Positions 57,624 through 64,000 of a stretch of 64,000 bases of DNA are shown piece by piece. The position numbers and the translations under genes were made by a program. The notes under the pieces are model-generated. The model ran no database searches. It was not told where the DNA came from and worked only from the letters and a program-made list of their open reading frames with translations. The first letter of the stretch is position 1; every line of letters starts with the position of its first letter. The DNA lies in assembly GCA_965200705.1 (NCBI GenBank), contig OZ241376.1:2569844-2633843 (forward strand), in the 5' to 3' direction. Source of the DNA: Bryobacterales bacterium. GTDB taxonomy: Bacteria > Acidobacteriota > Terriglobia > Bryobacterales > UBA6623.

Positions 57624-58715
57624 ATGGCGGAATGCGAGCTGATCCGACTGGATGGCGCCCTGGCTTCGCTGCCGGCTGCCGAGGGCTTCCTGCATGTCCA
57701 GCGCTGCAGCGAGGCGGTCTCCTCGGCAGCGCTGGAAGGCCAGTCCTCCTCGCTTGCCGGCCTAGCCTCGACCCAGAGTCAGCAGGGCAGCGAAGCGGTC
57801 TCGTTGGCTCGCCGCTGCATGCTCGCGGCCGAGGCCGGTTTGCCGGGTGGCAGGACGATCGAGATGTCGGCTGAACGATTGGAGTCTGTCTACGCGACGC
57901 TTGCGCCATCGCGTTCCACCATGGGTGCGGATTCTGCGGCGGGTGCGCTCGGCATGCGGCCGCTCGCCGAGAAGATCCGTGCCGCGGTGTCTGGTGGAAG
58001 CGAAGAGGGCCCGGCCGCCCGTTTGTGCAGGGCGCTTGGAGCCGTCGAATCGTTCGCACCGCTTGGCGATGCGTCCGGTCGGATGGCGCGCTGCCTGGTC
58101 GCGGCTCTCGGTGCCCATGCAGGCATCCCGGCGACGGCTGCACTTTGCTGGAGCCGGGTGCTGTCGGGCCGCGCGGAGCCTTACCGGTGCGCCGTGCGCA
58201 GCCTGCACAACGACGAGAGCGGGGACTGGCTAGAATTCGCGGCCGAGATGCTCACGCAAGGAGCCGTCGCGAGCCAGCGCTCGATTCGGGAATTCGGCGC
58301 ACTGCGCGAGGCGCATCGCGCGGCGGTCGCCGAGAAACTGGGCCACGCCGTTGGCCGGGGGCTCCGAGTCCTGGACGCACTGGCCCAACGTCCGTTGGCC
58401 ACGGTCGCCGAGGTGGGGGCGATCACCGGCACCACCTATGTCGCAGCCAACCAGCTGGTCGCCAGATTCGTGCGTCTCGGCATTCTGCGCGAACGGACCG
58501 GCCAGCGACGCAACCGGGAGTTCGAATACCAGCCGTACTTGGCCATCTTTGGGGGATCGGCAGTCAGCGTGCCCGAAGCCACCGAGACGCGGGCACGTCG
58601 AAAACGGCGAATGCCGCAGCGGAGCGTCCGCCCACGTCGGATGCCCGACGCTCCGCCGCCCAAACCCGCGCGAAGGGCGCCCAAGCCGGTCGAACTATCC
58701 GACCACCTGCTCTGA
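57624..58715 (+). CDS. Fic-family-like protein with degenerate active-site motif, C-terminal winged-helix domain and Arg/Pro-rich tail
   Basis: Fic_N-like EAVSSAALEG. FAPLGDASGRMAR sits where HPFxDGNGRxxR is expected. GDWLEFAAEML, wHTH-like TYVAANQLVARFVRLGILRERTGQRRNREFEY, then the tail RARRKRRMPQRSVRPRRMPDAPPPKPARRAPKP. The start is uncertain (ATG 57624, 57576 or 57522). Confidence 0.55.
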   Translation: MAECELIRLDGALASLPAAEGFLHVQRCSEAVSSAALEGQSSSLAGLASTQSQQGSEAVSLARRCMLAAEAGLPGGRTIEMSAERLESVYATLAPSRSTMGADSAAGALGMRPLAEKIRAAVSGGSEEGPAARLCRALGAVESFAPLGDASGRMARCLVAALGAHAGIPATAALCWSRVLSGRAEPYRCAVRSLHNDESGDWLEFAAEMLTQGAVASQRSIREFGALREAHRAAVAEKLGHAVGRGLRVLDALAQRPLATVAEVGAITGTTYVAANQLVARFVRLGILRERTGQRRNREFEYQPYLAIFGGSAVSVPEATETRARRKRRMPQRSVRPRRMPDAPPPKPARRAPKPVELSDHLL

Positions 58716-59537
58716 TTCGCACCGCTTTGCGGCAGGTTGTGATTGCGGATCGTCGGTGTTCTCGGCCTGATTGAGGCGCCAGCCGACTTGGTGCAGGATC
58801 GCCTGCAGCATTCGAGCATCCTCCGGTGCCAGCCTCAGCCGGCCGATGAAGCGCCGCAGCCTGCGGGTCTGCGCCTCGGTGCCGTCGCCGTGCAGGAACC
58901 CAGAGGTCTTCAGCAGCGGCAGCAGCTGTCCCAGAATCCGGTTCCGAACGCCGACGCTGACGCCCTCCGAATGCCGCAAAGAGGGTTCGGCAGCCAGGTG
59001 CCTCGATATCTCGTAGCAGCAAACGGCCACGGCCTGCCCTAGGTTCATGGAGGGGCAGTCCTCGCTGGTCGGGATGGAGAGCACCCAGTCGCAGTGGCTC
59101 AGGTCGTCGTTGGTCAGACCGCTCTTCTCCGAACCGAACAAGAGCGCCGCCCTGCGGGTGTCGAGGGCGGTTCGGATGACCTTGCCGGCGGCCGGCAGGA
59201 GCCGCTGCACGTGGCGCTGTCGCCTGGACTCGAGCCCGGTGCAGCCGATCACGACCTCGACGTCGGCGAGCGCTTCATCGAGGTGGTCGGAAACGCGGGC
59301 AGCGCGCATTACGGCGGACGCACCGACGGCGGACGCCGCGGACCGGAACGATGGCTCGTAGGGCCGGACGCACCACAGGTCCTCGAACCCGAAGTTACTC
59401 ATCGCACGCGCCGCCGCTCCAATGTTGAGGGAGTTGCGGCTCGCGACGAGAACGATGCGTAGATGGCGTCGCCAGCGCTGGTCCGAGAAGGCTTCCGCGC
59501 TGGCGCTTGGCCTGACCGGTGTCTTCGTGCCGTCCAT
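58695..59537 (-). CDS. SpoU/TrmH-class RNA 2'-O-methyltransferase, TrmJ-like
   Basis: LRIVLVASRNSLNIGAAARAMSNFGFEDLWCVRP and LLFGSEKSGLTNDDL...IPTSEDCPSMNLGQAV are the three SPOUT motifs. The C-terminal extension is as in TrmJ. Confidence 0.75.
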   Translation of the reverse strand: MDGTKTPVRPSASAEAFSDQRWRRHLRIVLVASRNSLNIGAAARAMSNFGFEDLWCVRPYEPSFRSAASAVGASAVMRAARVSDHLDEALADVEVVIGCTGLESRRQRHVQRLLPAAGKVIRTALDTRRAALLFGSEKSGLTNDDLSHCDWVLSIPTSEDCPSMNLGQAVAVCCYEISRHLAAEPSLRHSEGVSVGVRNRILGQLLPLLKTSGFLHGDGTEAQTRRLRRFIGRLRLAPEDARMLQAILHQVGWRLNQAENTDDPQSQPAAKRCESEQVVG

Positions 59538-59567
59538 TGGCGGCCGCGGGCTGTGCAGGCGGCGAGC

Positions 59568-62273
59568 CTATGCCGATGCCAGGATCTGCCGGAGCACGTA
59601 CTGGAGGATGCCGCCGTGACGGTAGTACTCGATCTCCTGCGGCGTGTCGATGCGAACCCGGGCCGTGAACGACACCGGGTCACTGCCATCCTCGGGGGTG
59701 GCGTGGACGTCCACGGTCTTCGCCGACCCGTCACCGAGACCTCGGATCTCGAAGGTCTCCCGGCCCGTCAGGCCGAGTGAGTTGGCGTCGTCGCCGTCCA
59801 TGAACTGCAGCGGAAGCACGCCCATGCCGACCAGGTTCGACCGGTGAATGCGTTCGTAGCTTGCGGCGATCACGGCGCGCACGCCCAATAGGGACGGTCC
59901 CTTGGCCGCCCAGTCGCGCGACGATCCGGTGCCGTACTCCTTGCCGGCTATCACGATCAGCGGCGTGCCCTCCTTCCGGTACCGCATCGCGACGTCGAAG
60001 ATGGACTGCACTTCGCCATCGGACACATGCACCGTCCAGCCGCCTTCTGTCCCTGGCGCCATCTGGTTCCGCAGACGCACGTTGGCGAACGTGCCGCGCA
60101 TCATGACCTCGTGGTTGCCGCGCCGCGAACCGTAGGAGTTGAAGTCCGCTGGCCGGACACCGTGCGACTGCAGGTAGGCCCCCGCGGGGCTGTCGGCCTT
60201 GATCGCCCCCGCTGGAGAGATGTGGTCCGTCGTGACGCTGTCGCCTAGGACCGCGAGCGCCCGGGCGCCGCTGATGTCGGACACCGGATCAGGCTCTGGC
60301 TGCATCGACTGGAAGTACGGCGGATGACAGACGTACGTCGAGTCCGGATCCCACTCGAACAGACTCGACTCAGGTGCGGCCAGCTCGCGCCAGCGGTCGG
60401 TTCCCTCCCACACCGCGCCATAGCTCGCCCGGAACATGTCCGAGTCCACGACCGACCCGATGATGTCCGCGATCTCCTTGCTGCTTGGCCACAGATCCCG
60501 CAGGTACACCGCGTTTCCCTCTAGGTCGGTGCCCAGGGAATCCTTGGCGATGTCGACATCCATGTTGCCTGCGATGGCGTAGGCCACCACGAGCGGTGGC
60601 GAGGCAAGGTAGTTCGCCTGCACGTCCGAGTGCACACGGCCCTCGAAGTTCCGGTTGCCGGACAGGACGGAAGCGACCACGAGGTCGCCGGATCGGATCG
60701 CTTCGGCGACCTCCTGCGGCAGCGGGCCCGAGTTGCCGATGCAGGTCGTGCAGCCGTAGCCGACCAGGTGGAACCCGATCATGTCCAGGTAGGTGTCGAG
60801 TCCGGACTGCTTGAGGTACTCGGTGACGACTTTCGATCCTGGCGCCAGGCTCGTTTTCACCCACGGCTTGACCTGCAGGCCCCGCTCAACGGCCCGCTTG
60901 GCCACGAGTCCGGCACCGATCATGACCGCGGGGTTCGATGTGTTGGTGCAGCTCGTGATCGCACCGATCACGACGGCTCCGTGCGTCATGTCGCACTCGG
61001 AGCCGCGGATGACGGTGCGCACAGACGCCGGCGCCTCCGCCACCGCTGTCCCGGACCGGCCACCTCCGGGTGGGCGGCTGGCAAGCGTTTCGCCGAGCAT
61101 CGAGCCGAAGGAGGCCGCTGCATCCCGCAGGGCGATGCGGTCCTGCGGACGCTTCGGACCGGCGATCGAGGGCGAAACGGTCCCCATGTCGAGGTGCAGC
61201 GTGTCGGAGTACCGGGCGGGTGCGTCGCCCTTCGACCGGAAGAATCCCTGTGCCCGGGCGTAGTCCTCGACGAGCTGCACCTCCCCCTCGGAGCGTCCGC
61301 TCAGGCGCAGATAGGCAAGCGTCTCGCCGTCGATCGGAAACAGGCCGCACGTCGCGCCGTACTCCGGCGCCATGTTGGCGATCGTTGCGCGGTCCGCCAG
61401 GGGGAGCTCGTCGAGGCCGTCGCCGTAGAACTCCACGAACTTGCCGACCACGCCGCGCGCCCGCAGCATCTCCACGACCGTGAGGACCAGGTCCGTGGCG
61501 GTCGCGCCCTCGGCCAGCCGACCGGTGAGTTCGAACCCGACCACCTGCGGAATGAGCATCGAAACCGGCTGGCCGAGCATGCCCGCCTCGGCCTCGATGC
61601 CCCCGACGCCCCAGCCAAGCACGCCCAGACCGTTAATCATCGTGGTGTGGGAGTCCGTGCCGACCAGCGTGTCGGCGTACACCCACTCGGCGCCGTCAAC
61701 CTCCGCCGTGAAGGCGACCTTGGCAAGGAACTCGAGATTGACCTGGTGGACGATGCCCGTCTCGGGCGGGACGACGCGGAAGTTGCGGAACGCCTTCCGG
61801 CCCCATTTGAGGAACTGGTAGCGCTCCCGGTTGCGGCCGTACTCAAGCTCGCTGTTCCGCGCCAGCGCCGCAACGGTCGCAAAGCTGTCGACCTGAACGG
61901 AGTGGTCGATCACGAGGTCAGCCGGCTGCAGGGGATTGATGCTCGAAGGATCACCTCCCATGGCGACCATGGCGGCCCGCATCGCCGCCAAGTCCACGAC
62001 CGCCGGCACGCCAGTGAAGTCTTGCATCAGCACGCGTGCCGGACGGAAGGCTATCTCCGTCGATGGCGCGGCGGTCGGATCCCACTGCAGTAGCGACTCG
62101 ATGTCCGCGGCCGTAACCGTGTCGCCTTCCTCGTGGCGCAGCAGGTTCTCCAGCAAGATGCGCAGCGAGTAGGGGAGCCTCGCGGCGGCAATGCCCGGGA
62201 GGGCTGGAAGGCGGTGAATCAGGTAGGTGCGATCCCCGGAAACGAGCGTGTCTTGGGTGCCGAACGAGTTCAT
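59568..62273 (-). CDS. acnA: aconitate hydratase A
   Basis: 901 aa. Fe-S ligand contexts [10 protein letters not shown] and [22 protein letters not shown], and a swivel domain with [10 protein letters not shown]. Confidence 0.9.
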   Translation of the reverse strand: MNSFGTQDTLVSGDRTYLIHRLPALPGIAAARLPYSLRILLENLLRHEEGDTVTAADIESLLQWDPTAAPSTEIAFRPARVLMQDFTGVPAVVDLAAMRAAMVAMGGDPSSINPLQPADLVIDHSVQVDSFATVAALARNSELEYGRNRERYQFLKWGRKAFRNFRVVPPETGIVHQVNLEFLAKVAFTAEVDGAEWVYADTLVGTDSHTTMINGLGVLGWGVGGIEAEAGMLGQPVSMLIPQVVGFELTGRLAEGATATDLVLTVVEMLRARGVVGKFVEFYGDGLDELPLADRATIANMAPEYGATCGLFPIDGETLAYLRLSGRSEGEVQLVEDYARAQGFFRSKGDAPARYSDTLHLDMGTVSPSIAGPKRPQDRIALRDAAASFGSMLGETLASRPPGGGRSGTAVAEAPASVRTVIRGSECDMTHGAVVIGAITSCTNTSNPAVMIGAGLVAKRAVERGLQVKPWVKTSLAPGSKVVTEYLKQSGLDTYLDMIGFHLVGYGCTTCIGNSGPLPQEVAEAIRSGDLVVASVLSGNRNFEGRVHSDVQANYLASPPLVVAYAIAGNMDVDIAKDSLGTDLEGNAVYLRDLWPSSKEIADIIGSVVDSDMFRASYGAVWEGTDRWRELAAPESSLFEWDPDSTYVCHPPYFQSMQPEPDPVSDISGARALAVLGDSVTTDHISPAGAIKADSPAGAYLQSHGVRPADFNSYGSRRGNHEVMMRGTFANVRLRNQMAPGTEGGWTVHVSDGEVQSIFDVAMRYRKEGTPLIVIAGKEYGTGSSRDWAAKGPSLLGVRAVIAASYERIHRSNLVGMGVLPLQFMDGDDANSLGLTGRETFEIRGLGDGSAKTVDVHATPEDGSDPVSFTARVRIDTPQEIEYYRHGGILQYVLRQILASA

Positions 62274-62354
62274 GGTGTTCTCATCGCACTACCCCTGCGC
62301 TGCCAGCGCAAGTTCTCCCCGCGTGACAGCCACGGGTGCATGGTTGGTTTGGAA

Positions 62355-62360
62355 ATTATA
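62355..62360 (-). promoter_or_regulatory. candidate -10 element (perfect TATAAT) for acnA
   Basis: The minus strand reads CACCTATAATTTCC, 81 nt upstream of the acnA ATG. No convincing -35 element. Confidence 0.3.
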
Positions 62361-62597
62361 GGTGAGAGCGGCGAATCGCCGACGATCGCGGCACTCTCAC
62401 GCGGGCATTGCGGCCCTGTGGCGACGAAATCTCCAGCGCCTCGCCATGATCATCCATGGTTCCCTGTGCGCTCACGCGCCGTTGCCCCATCCACTTCGTC
62501 TGCGCGCCTGCCACTGCGAGCCCGTTCAGGTCGAGAGGCGTTGATATGCTAAGTGCTCAATCTGGGCTGATCGGCGGGCCCGATCCCTTCACCCTTC

Positions 62598-63296
62598 ATG
62601 GCCGATTCATCCAACTCCGGTGACACTCCCGCTGGGGCCGACCCCACCGATCGTGCGGGCACTGCCCCGGCAGAGGGTCCCAAGGCGCCCGCTGCCGAGC
62701 GGCCCAAGCGTCGGGCTCGTAAGCCGCGAGGGGACCGCCCTGCTCGGGCGCGTCGCCCCCGAGCACCGCGCAAGCCCAAGGTCACAGAGATGCCGTCCGC
62801 CCCTTGGGACGGCCCGATCCCGACGCAGCTGCGGGAGCGGTTCGGCGCGGGCATGCAGGACATCAAGATCCTCGGTGGCCAGAATCTCGTGGTCGCCGAT
62901 GTTGCCGTCGTACACGATGTCGTTCGAGAGCTTCGCGACCAGCACGGCTTCGACTATCTGGTCGACTTGACCGCTGTGCACTGGCCCAAGAAGGAGAGCC
63001 AGTTCGAGGTCCTGTGGATCCTCTACTCGTTCTCGCTGAACGACCGTGTACGCGTTAAGACGGGACTGGCCGAGGGAGCCCAGGCCCCGTCCGTGACTGA
63101 TCTGTACAGTGCAGCCAACTGGCTGGAGCGCGAGGTCTACGACATGTTCGGCATCGAGTTCGGGAACCACCCCGACCTCCGCCGGATCCTCATGCCGGAC
63201 GAATGGGACGGCTTCCCGCTCCGCAAGGACTACGGCATCGTGCAGCAGGATTCCCAGTGGGTTCAGGAGAACCTCAAGATCGAGAGCGCTCAGTGA
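62598..63296 (+). CDS. nuoC: NADH-quinone oxidoreductase subunit C (possibly with a basic Pro/Arg-rich N-terminal extension)
   Basis: The core [13 protein letters not shown]...[26 protein letters not shown] is classic NuoC. ATG 62598 adds 64 low-complexity residues. The alternative ATG 62790 gives a conventional length. Confidence 0.8.
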   Translation: MADSSNSGDTPAGADPTDRAGTAPAEGPKAPAAERPKRRARKPRGDRPARARRPRAPRKPKVTEMPSAPWDGPIPTQLRERFGAGMQDIKILGGQNLVVADVAVVHDVVRELRDQHGFDYLVDLTAVHWPKKESQFEVLWILYSFSLNDRVRVKTGLAEGAQAPSVTDLYSAANWLEREVYDMFGIEFGNHPDLRRILMPDEWDGFPLRKDYGIVQQDSQWVQENLKIESAQ

Positions 63297-64000
63297 TGGC
63301 AGCGACGACGCTTGCTCCGCCGCAGGAGTCCGACACAGTACTCGGCACCAACGAGCTGGTGCTCAACATGGGCCCCCAGCACCCCTCGACGCACGGCGTC
63401 CTGCGGGTCATCCTCAAGCTGGACGGCGAGACCGTGCTCGGCACGGACTGCGTCATCGGATACCTCCACCGCGGCGTGGAAAAGATCGCCGAGAACCGCA
63501 CCTTCCAGCAGTTCGCGCCGTACGTCGACCGGATGGACTACGTCGCGGCCGTCTCGAACGGCCTCGGATACTGCCTCGCGATCGAGAAATTGCTCGACGT
63601 CGAGATTCCGCCGCGCGCACAGGCCGTCCGGGTCATCCTGTCCGAGCTCAACCGCGTCGCCTCGCACCTGCTCTGGCTGGGCACCCATGCGCTGGACATC
63701 GGCGCCATCACGCCGGTGTTCCTCTGCTTCCGGGAGCGCGAGGACATCCTGCTCATCTTCGAGAAGTACTGCGGCGCCCGACTGACGACGCACGCGTTCC
63801 GCATCGGCGGCCTCCAGTACGAGACCTACGACCGCTTCGAGGAGGACTGCCTCGCATTCTGCGACACGATGGAGGCCCGTCTGCGGGAGTACCACGACCT
63901 GCTCACCGGCAACCGCATCTGGGTCCGCCGCACCAAGGGCGTCGGGATCCTCAACGAGGCCGACTGCAAGGACTACGGGGTCACCGGCCCGCTACTGCGA
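63296..64000 (+). CDS. nuoD: NADH-quinone oxidoreductase subunit D (3' end outside the window)
   Basis: Not in the ORF track because there is no stop in the window. ATG 63296 overlaps the nuoC TGA. My translation reads [45 protein letters not shown]...[12 protein letters not shown]...RMDYV, which is canonical NuoD. Confidence 0.85.
   Translation, partial: MAATTLAPPQESDTVLGTNELVLNMGPQHPSTHGVLRVILKLDGETVLGTDCVIGYLHRGVEKIAENRTFQQFAPYVDRMDYVAAVSNGLGYCLAIEKLLDVEIPPRAQAVRVILSELNRVASHLLWLGTHALDIGAITPVFLCFREREDILLIFEKYCGARLTTHAFRIGGLQYETYDRFEEDCLAFCDTMEARLREYHDLLTGNRIWVRRTKGVGILNEADCKDYGVTGPLLR

Overview
All calls below come from reading the supplied translations and DNA by eye. No searches, GC statistics or folding were run, and start codons are often uncertain. 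This is a GC-rich, tightly packed bacterial chromosomal window with about 55 protein genes, one tRNA, and no rRNA, CRISPR array, transposase or integrase that I can see. Several domain types suggest an Acidobacteriota-like organism: a TIGR03437-like C-terminal domain on an S8 protease, a CarboxypepD_reg-type receptor fragment, and a PSCyt/DUF1553 + DUF1501 pair. That is only an inference. Housekeeping genes include nth, glpD, pyrD, add, def-fmt-argJ plus a tRNA-CAT, trpB, birA-coaX-pncB, ribA, acnA and nuoC-nuoD. They are interspersed with secreted or glycan-active enzymes: an S8 protease, an FG-GAP propeller, a sialidase-like/sulfatase fusion, a second sulfatase and three Gfo/Idh/MocA oxidoreductases. 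The most interesting structure is a 12-kb run of 14 minus-strand genes (50197 down to 38032). It runs ECF sigma, anti-sigma, a small secreted protein, then gspE-F-G-H-I-J-K-L-M-C-D. An ECF-type promoter motif sits upstream, GspE carries an MshEN-like (c-di-GMP-type) N-terminal motif, and gspE has a clear single-base frameshift near its 3' end. Other items worth a second look: two 13-14 nt poly-G tracts, each directly after the stop codon of a minus-strand gene; a Fic-family protein with a dead active-site motif and a basic tail; an acyl-CoA dehydrogenase pair in which only one member keeps the catalytic Glu motif; and a roughly 1-kb decayed region holding a receptor gene fragment.
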